From Thermoanaerobaculia bacterium (GTDB taxonomy: Bacteria; Acidobacteriota; Thermoanaerobaculia; Multivoradales; Multivoraceae): a stretch of 64,000 bases of DNA. Below, piece by piece: positions 10,294 through 19,481 of the stretch. Under the pieces are notes generated by a model, which saw only the letters and a program-made list of their open reading frames with translations, did no database searches and was not told the origin of the DNA. Position numbers and translations under genes: made by a program. The stretch's first letter is position 1; the number at the start of each line of letters is the position of its first letter. The DNA lies in contig OY761158.1 of assembly GCA_963664405.1 (NCBI GenBank), positions 4,384,001 through 4,448,000 on the forward strand. The letters are read 5' to 3'.

Positions 10294-10437
10294 TTCTCGT
10301 CAACGATCCTATCTTTCATTCGGCGCCGGAACGCCCTTGACACCGGCATCGGAGGCCCGTAACATCGACCGCCCTTGCCTGGCAAGGCCCCTGGAAGTTT
10401 GTCTGCACCCCGTCTAGAAGCGAAGAGGTTGGAGTTC

Positions 10438-10908
10438 ATGACCAAGACATATAGCCCGAAGGCGGGCGAGGTGGAGCGTCGGTGGTTTGTGGTCGATGCT
10501 GCGGATATCCCTCTTGGACGATTGTCTACGAGGATCGCCACGGTTTTGCTCGGTAAGCACAAGCCTCAGTACGCTCGACATATCGATACCGGCGACTTTG
10601 TGGTCGTCGTCAATGCCGAGAGGACTGTCCTTACCGGAAACAAAGAAGAGGGCAAGATCTACTATCGGCACAGCGGCCGACCGGGGAACCTCAGGTCGGA
10701 GACGGCGGCGCAGGTTCGACGGCGCTACCCTACTCGCCTGATCGAGCGTGCCGTTCGCGGCATGTTGCCGAAGGGGCCCTTGGGCCGGCAGCAGCTAACT
10801 AAGCTGAAGGTCTACGCGGGGCCGGAGCACCCGCACGAAGCGCAGAAGCCGGAGTCTCTGCCGCTGTTGCAGGGCGCCGCCGCGCGAACTCAGGAGGTTT
10901 CACCGTGA
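10438..10908 (+). CDS. rplM: 50S ribosomal protein L13
   Basis: WFVVDA...[22 protein letters not shown]. Confidence 0.98.
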   Translation: MTKTYSPKAGEVERRWFVVDAADIPLGRLSTRIATVLLGKHKPQYARHIDTGDFVVVVNAERTVLTGNKEEGKIYYRHSGRPGNLRSETAAQVRRRYPTRLIERAVRGMLPKGPLGRQQLTKLKVYAGPEHPHEAQKPESLPLLQGAAARTQEVSP

Positions 10909-11297
10909 GCGAACTCACCCACTACGCTACCGGACGGCGCAAGACTTCGACCGCGCGCGTCTATCTTCGGCCCGGCGACGGTCAGGCGACAGTCAATGGA
11001 AGGCCTCTCGAGGAGTACTTCGGCAACGACGTGCTCAAGATGATCATCCGGCAGCCGCTGCTCCTGACCGAGAATGACGAGAAGCTCGACTTCATCGCCA
11101 CCGTCAAGGGTGGAGGCACCACAGGCCAGGCGGGCGCGATCCGTCATGGTCTCGCTCGAGCTTTGACCTCGTACGAGCCCGAGTTGCACCAGACGCTTCG
11201 GGACGCCGGGTTCCTCACTCGTGACTCCCGCAAGAAAGAGCGCAAGAAGTACGGTCTCAAAGGGGCTCGCGCCCGTTACCAGTTCAGCAAGAGATAG
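10905..11297 (+). CDS. rpsI: 30S ribosomal protein S9
   Basis: [30 protein letters not shown]. Confidence 0.98.
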   Translation: MSELTHYATGRRKTSTARVYLRPGDGQATVNGRPLEEYFGNDVLKMIIRQPLLLTENDEKLDFIATVKGGGTTGQAGAIRHGLARALTSYEPELHQTLRDAGFLTRDSRKKERKKYGLKGARARYQFSKR

Positions 11298-11311
11298 AAG
11301 GAGAGTCCCCT

Positions 11312-12151
11312 TTGTCCCAGGTCACGATGCAGGAGCTTTTGGAGGCGGGTGTTCACTTTGGGCACCAGACACGCCGTTGGAATCCGAAGATGCGACGCTA
11401 CATCTTCGGCCGTCGTAACGGCATCTACATCATCGACCTCCAAAAGACGATGGCGATGTTCGACGAAGCGGTGGAGTACGTACGCCAACTCTCCCGCGAG
11501 GGTCGAAAGATCCTCTTCGTCGGCACCAAGCGCCAGGCGCAGCAGGTGATCGAAGAAGAGGCGTCTCGCTGTAAGCAGTACTACATGACCCACCGCTGGC
11601 TGGGCGGCACGCTCACCAACTTCGTGACCATTCGTGCGTCGGTGGAGAGGTTGAAAGAGACCGAGGCCAAGCTCGCCGACGAAGAGAGTCATCTCACCAA
11701 GAAGGAGCTCTTGCGGCTGGAGCGCGACCGGCTGAAGATGACACGGAACCTCGAAGGTATTCGAGACATGGAGAGTCTCCCCGATGCACTCTTCGTCGTC
11801 GATTCGAGGCGCGAATCGATCGCGGTCGCAGAAGCGAACAAGTTGGGCGTTCCGGTAATCGGTATCGTCGACACCAACTGCGATCCTGAGCTCATCGACT
11901 ACGTCATTCCCGGCAACGACGATGCGATTCGCACCATTCGACTCTTCGCCGGTAGGCTTGCCGACACCTACAACGAGGGGCAGGGAATCTCAGCCAAGCA
12001 GGAGATGATCGAAGAGACGGCTGCCGAGCCCACCGCTGTAGCGCCGGCAACCGCAGAAGGTGCGGTCGCTCCAGCTGCAACCGAGGTACCGCTCACGGCC
12101 GGCACTGAAGAGCCGATCGTGCCGGCGAACGACAGCCCCGCCTCATCGTAG
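11312..12151 (+). CDS. rpsB: 30S ribosomal protein S2
   Basis: [31 protein letters not shown]. Confidence 0.98.
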   Translation: MSQVTMQELLEAGVHFGHQTRRWNPKMRRYIFGRRNGIYIIDLQKTMAMFDEAVEYVRQLSREGRKILFVGTKRQAQQVIEEEASRCKQYYMTHRWLGGTLTNFVTIRASVERLKETEAKLADEESHLTKKELLRLERDRLKMTRNLEGIRDMESLPDALFVVDSRRESIAVAEANKLGVPVIGIVDTNCDPELIDYVIPGNDDAIRTIRLFAGRLADTYNEGQGISAKQEMIEETAAEPTAVAPATAEGAVAPAATEVPLTAGTEEPIVPANDSPASS

Positions 12152-12293
12152 GCAGTATCACGTCAGACATCTAGAGCTGGTAGACGTCGATCTCAGACGT
12201 CATGGAAAATGGGACGGAAGCACTCTTCGACGGGTTGCCGCCTAATTCCGCTCAGAGCCAGCTCACATTCTTATTTCTAGGAGGCGTCTTTCC

Positions 12294-12890
12294 ATGCAGA
12301 TCACGGCGCAGTTAGTCAAAGAGCTCAGGGAACGCACCGCGGCTCCGATGATGGATTGCAAAGCAGCACTTCAGGAAGCCGACGGCGATGTAGAGGCGGC
12401 CATTGACGTGCTGAGAACGAGGGGGCTCTCGAAGGCGGCCAAGAAGGCCGGGAGGGCGACCAGTGACGGCATCGTCGGCCACTACATCCACGCGGGCGGC
12501 AAGATCGGAGTGCTGCTCGAGGTCAATTGCGAAACCGACTTCGTCGCTCGTACCGAGGACTTTCAGGGCCTGGTGAAGGACATCGCGATGCACATCGCGG
12601 CGGCTGAGCCTCGTTACGTCGCTCGGGAAGAAGTCACTGCCGAGGACCTCGCTAAAGAGAAAGAGATTTTTCGCGAGCAGGCCCTGGCTTCAGGCAAGCC
12701 CGAGAACGTGGTCGAGCGCATCGTCGAGGGCAAGCTCGAGAAGTTCTACGCTGATGCTGTGCTGCTCGATCAGCCCTTCGTCAAGGACAGCGACAGGAAC
12801 GTTCGTGAACTAGTGAGCGACATGGTCGCCAAGCTCGGCGAGAACATTCAGGTGCGCCGCTTCGCTCGTTTCAAGCTTGGAGAAGGCTGA
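12294..12890 (+). CDS. tsf: elongation factor Ts (short form)
   Basis: [23 protein letters not shown]. Confidence 0.98.
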   Translation: MQITAQLVKELRERTAAPMMDCKAALQEADGDVEAAIDVLRTRGLSKAAKKAGRATSDGIVGHYIHAGGKIGVLLEVNCETDFVARTEDFQGLVKDIAMHIAAAEPRYVAREEVTAEDLAKEKEIFREQALASGKPENVVERIVEGKLEKFYADAVLLDQPFVKDSDRNVRELVSDMVAKLGENIQVRRFARFKLGEG

Positions 12891-12894
12891 GATC

Positions 12895-13611
12895 GTGGAA
12901 GCAACCTCAGCGTATCGTCGAATTCTCCTGAAGCTTTCGGGCGAGGCTCTCATGGGAGAGCAGATCTTCGGTATCGATGAGGACGTGGTGGAGCGGATCG
13001 CCTCCGACATCAAGGACGTTCATGGGCTGGGCGTCCAGATCGCGATCGTAGTTGGCGGCGGCAACATCATCCGGGGTGTTGCGGCTCACGATCGCGGCGT
13101 GGACCGGGTGACGGCCGACTACATGGGCATGCTGGGGACGGTGATCAACGCCCTGGCTCTCCAAGACGCCTTGGAGCGGATCCAGGTCACGACTCGAGTG
13201 CAGACGGCGATCGAGATCCGCGACGTCGCCGAGCCTTTTATCCGTCGCCGTGCGGTTCGCCATCTCGAGAAGGGGCGAGTGGTGATCTTCGGCGCCGGAA
13301 CCGGCAACCCTTTCTTCACCACCGACAGCGCCGCGGCGTTGCGGGCGAATGAGGTTCACGCCGACATTTTGCTCAAGGGAACAGGAGTCGATGGCATCTA
13401 TTCTGCGGATCCCAGAAAGGACCCGAATGCTATGCTCTTGTCTCGATTGACGCATAGGGAGATCCTCGAAAAGGACCTCAGAGTGATGGATGCCGCGGCC
13501 ATTAGTCTTTGCCGAGACAACGGCATTCCCATCGCGGTATTCAAGTTGATGGAGCCAGGGAACCTTCGCCGGATCGTCTGCGGCGAGGAGATCGGGTCCA
13601 TCGTCAGGTGA
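12895..13611 (+). CDS. pyrH: UMP kinase
   Basis: [25 protein letters not shown]. Confidence 0.98.
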   Translation: MEATSAYRRILLKLSGEALMGEQIFGIDEDVVERIASDIKDVHGLGVQIAIVVGGGNIIRGVAAHDRGVDRVTADYMGMLGTVINALALQDALERIQVTTRVQTAIEIRDVAEPFIRRRAVRHLEKGRVVIFGAGTGNPFFTTDSAAALRANEVHADILLKGTGVDGIYSADPRKDPNAMLLSRLTHREILEKDLRVMDAAAISLCRDNGIPIAVFKLMEPGNLRRIVCGEEIGSIVR

Positions 13612-13624
13612 GGCGGAGGGGCAG

Positions 13625-14179
13625 ATGAAGCGCGTTTTCCAGGAAGTAGAGGTCAAGATGAAGGGGGCCGTCGACCATTTTCACGAAGAGCTGAAGACTC
13701 TTCGCACCGGTCGCGCCTCGCTTTCTATTCTCGACTCGGTTCGGGTGGACTATTTCGGAACGCCGACTCCTCTCAACCAGGTCGCTAATCTTTCGGTTGC
13801 GGACGCCAGCTTGATCATGGCGCAGCCGTGGGATCCCTCCACCATCGGCGCCATCGAGAAGGGCATCCTGCAAGCCGATCTGGGCCTGAACCCCGCCAAC
13901 GACGGCAAAGTCATCCGCATTCCCGTGCCCCCACTGACCGAAGAGCGGAGGCGAGAGATCGTCAAGCGGGCTCACGAATTCGCCGAGGCCAACCGCAACT
14001 CCATTCGGCAGATTCGGCGCGACGGCAACGAGGCGCTGAAGAAGATGGAGAAGGACAAAGAGATCGGGCAGGACGAAGAGCATCATGGCCTCGACGAGAT
14101 CCAGAAGCTTCACGATCACTACATCGCTCAGATCAACAGCGCCGCGGAGACCAAAGAAAAGGATCTGATGACGGTGTGA
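13625..14179 (+). CDS. frr: ribosome recycling factor
   Basis: LRTGRA, LGLNP, PPLTEERR. Confidence 0.98.
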   Translation: MKRVFQEVEVKMKGAVDHFHEELKTLRTGRASLSILDSVRVDYFGTPTPLNQVANLSVADASLIMAQPWDPSTIGAIEKGILQADLGLNPANDGKVIRIPVPPLTEERRREIVKRAHEFAEANRNSIRQIRRDGNEALKKMEKDKEIGQDEEHHGLDEIQKLHDHYIAQINSAAETKEKDLMTV

Positions 14180-14964
14180 CGACCCGGGCTCCGCACCGAA
14201 GGGCCAAGGCGGGAGCCGAGGGCCCACAGCCCGAGCCCACGGCGAGCGTCGCAGCGCCCGTACCCGGCCACTTGGTGCACGGGTTCCACTCGGTTCGAGA
14301 AGCGCTCCGCAGTCGTCCGCAGCACCTGCGTCGGGTATTGATGAGTGACGGTGACGGGGGGCGCCGCCGCGAGATTCGTGCTCTTTGCGAGCGCCATCAG
14401 GTGTCGCTCGAGATCGTCGCCGACGGCGCTCTACAGCGCTTGGCGCCCGAGGCCCATCAGGGCTTTGTCGCCGAGATCGAAGACCTCGGCGCCTCGATCG
14501 GTGGAGGTGTCGATACCGAGCTCGTCGTACTTCTCGAGGACATTCAAGACCCTCGCAATCTGGGCGCGCTACTACGAGTTTGCGAGGGTGCCGGTGTCGG
14601 TCGCGTTCTAGTCCGGGATCGAGGTTCGGCGCCGCTGACCTCGACCGTTGCCCACACCTCCGCCGGAGCCAGTGAGTGGGTGGCCCTGGAGCGCATCACC
14701 AACACGGCCAACGAGCTCGCCCGCTTCAAGAAAGAGGGCTTCTGGATCTATGGCGCCGCCGAGGGTGGGACGCCACCTTGGGATCTGGATCTCCAGGGTC
14801 CTTTAGTTCTCTGTTTGGGAGGCGAAGAGAGTGGCCTCAGGCACCGCACGCGCGAAACTTGTGATGCGCTCGTCGGCCTGCCGATGCGAGGTCGTGTGAG
14901 CTCGTTGAACGTGGCAACTGCTGCGTCGGCTCTGCTCTACGAGGCCGTCCGCCAGCGTGTCTGA
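14176..14964 (+). CDS. rlmB: 23S rRNA G2251 2'-O-methyltransferase
   Basis: G.H.V.EAL, HQG, QDPRNLGA, G.EE.G, SLNVA; GTG start overlaps the frr stop. Confidence 0.9.
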   Translation: MTTRAPHRRAKAGAEGPQPEPTASVAAPVPGHLVHGFHSVREALRSRPQHLRRVLMSDGDGGRRREIRALCERHQVSLEIVADGALQRLAPEAHQGFVAEIEDLGASIGGGVDTELVVLLEDIQDPRNLGALLRVCEGAGVGRVLVRDRGSAPLTSTVAHTSAGASEWVALERITNTANELARFKKEGFWIYGAAEGGTPPWDLDLQGPLVLCLGGEESGLRHRTRETCDALVGLPMRGRVSSLNVATAASALLYEAVRQRV

Positions 14965-15052
14965 CGGGGTCGATTCGCTTGCCTTCGACAAAAGCCACGA
15001 GCTAGACTTTGCCGCCGCCAAAGCGTCTGCCCAGCAGGCGACGGAGGCCAGT

Positions 15053-15128
15053 GCCGGCATAGCTCAGCGGCTAGAGCAGCTGACTTGTAATCAGCAGGTC
15101 CTCGGTTCGATTCCGAGTGCCGGCTCCA
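15053..15128 (+). tRNA. tRNA-Thr(TGT)
   Basis: GCCGGCA..TAGCTCAG..CTTGTAA..GGTTCGATTCC..TGCCGGC TCCA; complete cloverleaf of 76 nt. Confidence 0.97.
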
Positions 15129-15323
15129 TCTAAATATAATGTTTTCATAACTTTAGGGATACTACGATCATTCGCAACTGTGGTAGCCGTATTTCTCGTA
15201 ATCGGTTCGTAATCAGGAAGAGGCGAAAAAGCTGTGCACAGATGGAATTCGCGGGCCCTTGGCCATAGCGGCCTGAATTGGGGCTGTTTGGCTGAGTTGG
15301 TGAGCTTGAGGTGAGCAAGGCCA

Positions 15324-15920
15324 TCAGCCCTGATCCAGTGACGCGTCTATACCAAAAACTTGAAGCCCTACTGGTCCAAGGCTGTTCTGCGTTGTCTTCG
15401 CCGCCAGCCTTTCTAGACGATCGATCACATCCCTAAACTGGAGCACAGCTCGAGTGTCTGGATCGCGCCAGGTTCGATTTCCGTGGTGGGACACAACCAG
15501 CACCCCCCAGCGCCTCGAGGCCGGTTTCAGGTAGTTCTCGGCAAGCTGCTTAGTCAAGGCCGATTCGAGCCGGCGTACTGACCATCCCTTCTCTCTTCCA
15601 CCGTGCTTTACCTCAATCGCTGCTTCCGCAAGGGCAGCAGTTGCGGACACCACAATGTCGGGCTTGTTGCCACCTGAGACTTCGGTCTCGCGGTGAACGT
15701 GATAGCGACCGTTGGAGCGGAGCCTCACTTGCTCAGAGAGCCACTCTTGAACCTGGGCCTCGCTCTCCGCCTTTTGGAGTAAGTCTCGGGAGGACGAGTC
15801 GCCGCTTGTCATATCGTCTTGGACGTCCGAGAGAACGCCGAGCAACACGTTTAGGAGCCTCCCTCCAGTGGTTACTGGTGCTAGGTAAGTCCGCTCGAAG
15901 GCGGGAACCTCAGTAGCCTT
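15324..15920 (-). pseudogene. 3' part of the large NTPase gene, carrying a PD-(D/E)xK nuclease-like domain
   Basis: Continues ORF 19479..21956 in frame once the IS is removed (EPPRW|KATEVPAFERTY..); motif KPDIVV...AIEVK. Confidence 0.85.
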
Positions 15921-16171
15921 CCACCGTGAGAGTGATCAGGGTAGTTGATGGGATTCGCCTCTGTTCTAGTCACGGTAGTCGAGGGAAGAGCGTACTGGTC
16001 CCTCGGATAGCGTGATCAAAGCGGGCAAAAGAGCCGGCATCATCCGCGGCCACCGGGCGCGCCGTTGTTGTGGGGGGGGAGTGAGGTGCCCTCCGGGGGT
16101 TGACGTCCCCTCGGAGGGCGTGTCTTCTTTCGTTGAATTTAAAAACGAAAGGCCGAAAGGAGACAGCCCTC

Positions 16172-16738
16172 TTGTACCAGACCCTGCTTCAGGATGCCAG
16201 TTTCTACGATCTACTGTTGCGACTCGACGAGGATCTAGCGGAGAAGACTCGCGCCCTAGGCTGCGAATGCGGTGGGCGTTTGCACCAGGCTCACTATCCA
16301 CGTAAGCCTCGCGGAGGGCCCGAGGAGCTGCGCAGAAGGACCTCGTTGCGGCTGAGCTATTGCTGCTCGGTGGAGGGGTGCCGGCGTCGTCAGACGCCTG
16401 CGTCCTTTCGTTTTCTGGGCCGAAAGGTGTACTTCAGCGTGTTGGTACTTCTGGTCCCAGTGCTGCGGGAAGGGGCCAAGGGAGAGCGGCTGCATCGTCT
16501 ACAGGAATTGTTTCAGGTGAGCGCACGTACGGTGCGCCGTTGGCAGAGATGGTGGCGAGAGGACTTCGGTCTCAGCCCGGTCATGACTCGCTTTCAAGGC
16601 TTTCATGCCGAGCCGATCCAGCGGCAAGACTTGCCGGGCTCTCTGCTCCTAGTCTTTCGTCAATTGTCGCCGGCAGGCGAGAGGGTGCTGGCGGTGATTC
16701 GCGCCCTATTGGTCGGGCCCTCTGTGCTAGCTGTGTGA
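16172..16738 (+). CDS. transposon accessory protein with Cys-rich Zn-ribbon and HTH
   Basis: TTG start after AAAGGAG; CECGG..H, YCC..GCRRR, VSARTVRRW. Confidence 0.75.
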   Translation: MYQTLLQDASFYDLLLRLDEDLAEKTRALGCECGGRLHQAHYPRKPRGGPEELRRRTSLRLSYCCSVEGCRRRQTPASFRFLGRKVYFSVLVLLVPVLREGAKGERLHRLQELFQVSARTVRRWQRWWREDFGLSPVMTRFQGFHAEPIQRQDLPGSLLLVFRQLSPAGERVLAVIRALLVGPSVLAV

Positions 16739-16844
16739 GGGTCGCCGGAAACCCGCAGAAGATGCGTCTCGACTCGCCGAGAAGCGGGCCTTAAGGTCTC
16801 TGTTCTCGCCGCCGATTGAAGGAATCGGCGCCCAGGAGAGGGAG

Positions 16845-18269
16845 ATGAGCCATCGAGCCTCGACGCAACAACGCTGGGCGCAGTTTCGCTTCAGTGTGGT
16901 GGGTGAGCTGTTGGCTGCGCCTCCCGCACCGGGACATCTGCAGGTGGAATTGTCTCGACTCTCCCAGAAGGCCTGGCGCCATCCGATCACGGAGAAGGCG
17001 GTGTACTTTGCCCGCTCGACGATTGAGCGTTGGTACTACACGGCCCTGGCCGGTCGCGATCCGATCGGGGCGCTACAACGCCGATCGAGAAGCGACAGCG
17101 GCCAAGCGCGCGCCATCCCAACCCGGATCGCCGAGCTGATCCACACGCAATACAAGGCCCACCCGACGTGGAGCTACCAGCTCCATTGGGACAATCTGGA
17201 CGTGGTGCTAAAAGAGCGACCGGAGCCAGGGAAGGTGCCTTCCTACTCCACCCTGCGCCGCTTCATGATCGCGCACGGTTGGCCCAAACAACGACGCACG
17301 AAGGGAAAGGATCGCAGCACTGCCTCCGGTGCCCCTGCGCGCGAGAAGCGCAGCTACGAAGCCGAGTACGTCAACGGGCTCTGGCACCTCGACTTCCACC
17401 ACGGCTCGCGCAAGATCCCGAGCTCCGCAGGGACCTGGGAAGTACCGATGCTGCTGGCGATTCTCGACGATCACTCCCGGCTCACCTGCCATCTGCAGTG
17501 GTATCTGCACGAGACCGCCGAGTGTCTGATCCACGCTCTGATCCAAGCCTTCATCAAACGCGGACTGTGCCGCTCACTGCTCACCGATAACGGCAGCGCC
17601 ATGATCGCCGACGAGACCACCGAGGGGCTCCTACGCCTCTCCGTCGTCCATCGCACCACATTGCCCCGGAGCCCCTATCAAAACGGGAAACAAGAAAACT
17701 TCTTCTCTCGAGTCGAATCCCGCCTCCTCGCCATGCTCGAAGGACACGCGGATCTCAATCTGGCATTGCTCAATGAGGCGACGCTGGCTTGGGTGGAGAT
17801 GGAGTATCACCGCACCGTCCATTCCGAGACCGGCCAGACGCCGCTCGACCGCTTTCTCGAGGGTCCCTCCGTCTCTCGGATCTGCCCCAGCCTGGACGAG
17901 CTGCGCTTCGCCTTCACCGCCGCTCGAAAGCGCACCCAGCGCCAAAGCGACGGCACCATCAGCCTCGACGGCACCCGTTTCGAGATCCCCTCTCGTTTCC
18001 ATCATCTCAACCGGATCTCGGTGCGATACCAGAGCTGGGAGAAAAGCTCCGTCTTCATGGTCGACGAAAGCTCCGACGTCCCACTCGAGCGCCTCTACCC
18101 CCTCGACAAGGCAAGAAACGCTTCCGGCATCCGCCGCCCGATCCAACCCCAGAGCACCGACGAGCCGACAGGCCCGGAGCCTGGCATCGCACCCCTACTC
18201 CGCAAACACATGGCGGAGTACGCCGCCACCGGGCTCCCGCCCGCCTACCTCAAAAAGGAGACACCGTGA
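16845..18269 (+). CDS. DDE transposase (rve/Mu-like)
   Basis: LWHLDF, DDHSR, TDNGS, NGKQE; Mu C-terminal-like RTQ..DGTISLDG.RF. Confidence 0.92.
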   Translation: MSHRASTQQRWAQFRFSVVGELLAAPPAPGHLQVELSRLSQKAWRHPITEKAVYFARSTIERWYYTALAGRDPIGALQRRSRSDSGQARAIPTRIAELIHTQYKAHPTWSYQLHWDNLDVVLKERPEPGKVPSYSTLRRFMIAHGWPKQRRTKGKDRSTASGAPAREKRSYEAEYVNGLWHLDFHHGSRKIPSSAGTWEVPMLLAILDDHSRLTCHLQWYLHETAECLIHALIQAFIKRGLCRSLLTDNGSAMIADETTEGLLRLSVVHRTTLPRSPYQNGKQENFFSRVESRLLAMLEGHADLNLALLNEATLAWVEMEYHRTVHSETGQTPLDRFLEGPSVSRICPSLDELRFAFTAARKRTQRQSDGTISLDGTRFEIPSRFHHLNRISVRYQSWEKSSVFMVDESSDVPLERLYPLDKARNASGIRRPIQPQSTDEPTGPEPGIAPLLRKHMAEYAATGLPPAYLKKETP

Positions 18270-19108
18270 ACAACCAGAAACTACTGGCACTCTTCGGACT
18301 GAAGTGGAACCCCTTTACCCCCAACATCCCCGTCGAAGCGCTGTGGCGACACCCGCATCTCGACCACTTCTGCTGGCGCCTGGAGACCCTCGTCCACGAC
18401 GGTGGCTTCGCATTGATCTCCGGTGATCCCGGCACCGGCAAGTCGGTCGCTCTACGCACCCTCGCTCACCACCTTCAACACCTGCCCGACCTGCGCACCG
18501 GAGTCCTCACGCGGCCACAGAGCAGTCTCGCCGACTTTTACCGTGAGCTCGGACAGCTCTTCGGGGTCCCGCTCAATCCACACAACCGATGGGCCGGATT
18601 CAAAGCCCTCCGACAGACCTGGCTCTCCCATGTCGATGCCACCCATCAAAGACCCGTACTCTTGATCGACGAAGCCCAGGAGCTCGCCGCCAACGTGCTG
18701 GCCGAACTGCGCATCCTCGCCTCTGCGGACTTCGACTCACGCTCCATCCTCACCGTCGTCCTGTGCGGCGACTCCCGACTCACACAGCTCTTCCGACGAG
18801 ACGATTTCCTACCCGTCGCCAGCCGCATCCGCGTACGCCTCCTCCTCGACTACCTGCCCCCAGAGACGTTGGCCGAATGGCTCCAGCACTCCCTGACACA
18901 AGCCGGAAACCCCAGTCTCCTCGACCACGAGGTCATCACCACTCTCGCCGAGCACGCCGCCGGAAACCTCAGAGTACTCGCACACATGGCCAACGAGCTC
19001 CTCGCCATGGCCGCCAAAGAAGAGCTACCCAACATCGATCAGAAGCTCTACCTCGAGGTCTTCTCGCCACCTACCTCCCAGCGCTCTCCCAGGAAAGCCC
19101 GTGCCTGA
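18266..19108 (+). CDS. ExeA-family AAA ATPase (transposition helper)
   Basis: FGLKWNPF, GDPGTGKS, LLIDEAQ, GNLR. Confidence 0.9.
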   Translation: MNNQKLLALFGLKWNPFTPNIPVEALWRHPHLDHFCWRLETLVHDGGFALISGDPGTGKSVALRTLAHHLQHLPDLRTGVLTRPQSSLADFYRELGQLFGVPLNPHNRWAGFKALRQTWLSHVDATHQRPVLLIDEAQELAANVLAELRILASADFDSRSILTVVLCGDSRLTQLFRRDDFLPVASRIRVRLLLDYLPPETLAEWLQHSLTQAGNPSLLDHEVITTLAEHAAGNLRVLAHMANELLAMAAKEELPNIDQKLYLEVFSPPTSQRSPRKARA

Positions 19109-19448
19109 CTCCCCATCCGCCCAGCAACAACGACGGCACCTCCAGAGCGTCCTCGAGCTCTATCGACGACATCCCCAAACCACCGGACGAGTCAGAAACG
19201 CCGATCGCCGCCTCGCCGTACATCTCTATCGAAACGGCGTTACCCTCGACACCATCAACGCTGCCTTACTACTCGTCGCCGCCAGGAGATGCAACGAGGC
19301 ACACACCACAACCCCCATCCAGAGTCTCCACTACTTCCTCCCCGTCATCCGAGAGATTCGCGATAGACCCCTCGATAACGGCTACCTCCGGTACCTTGAA
19401 ACTCTCATCCGCGACAGCAGCCAAGACCCAGACCATCATTTACTGTGA
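19101..19448 (+). CDS. small transposon-associated hypothetical protein
   Basis: Overlaps the ATPase stop; homologous to 33166..33522. Confidence 0.75.
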   Translation: MPDSPSAQQQRRHLQSVLELYRRHPQTTGRVRNADRRLAVHLYRNGVTLDTINAALLLVAARRCNEAHTTTPIQSLHYFLPVIREIRDRPLDNGYLRYLETLIRDSSQDPDHHLL

Positions 19449-19481
19449 TCAGCCCGCCATCGATTACCGTGATCACTCTCA

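Larger units (their letters stand above)
15927..19481 (+). mobile_element. 3555-bp four-gene DDE/ExeA-ATPase transposon with 6-bp target duplication CCACCG
   Basis: Ends TGAGAGTGATCAGGGTAGTTGATGG and CCATCGATTACCGTGATCACTCTCA; CCACCG at 15921-15926 and 19482-19487. Confidence 0.92.

Noticed and set aside
10438-14179. rplM-rpsI directly joined to rpsB-tsf-pyrH-frr
   Set aside because: This order occurs in several phyla; it is ordinary core organisation.
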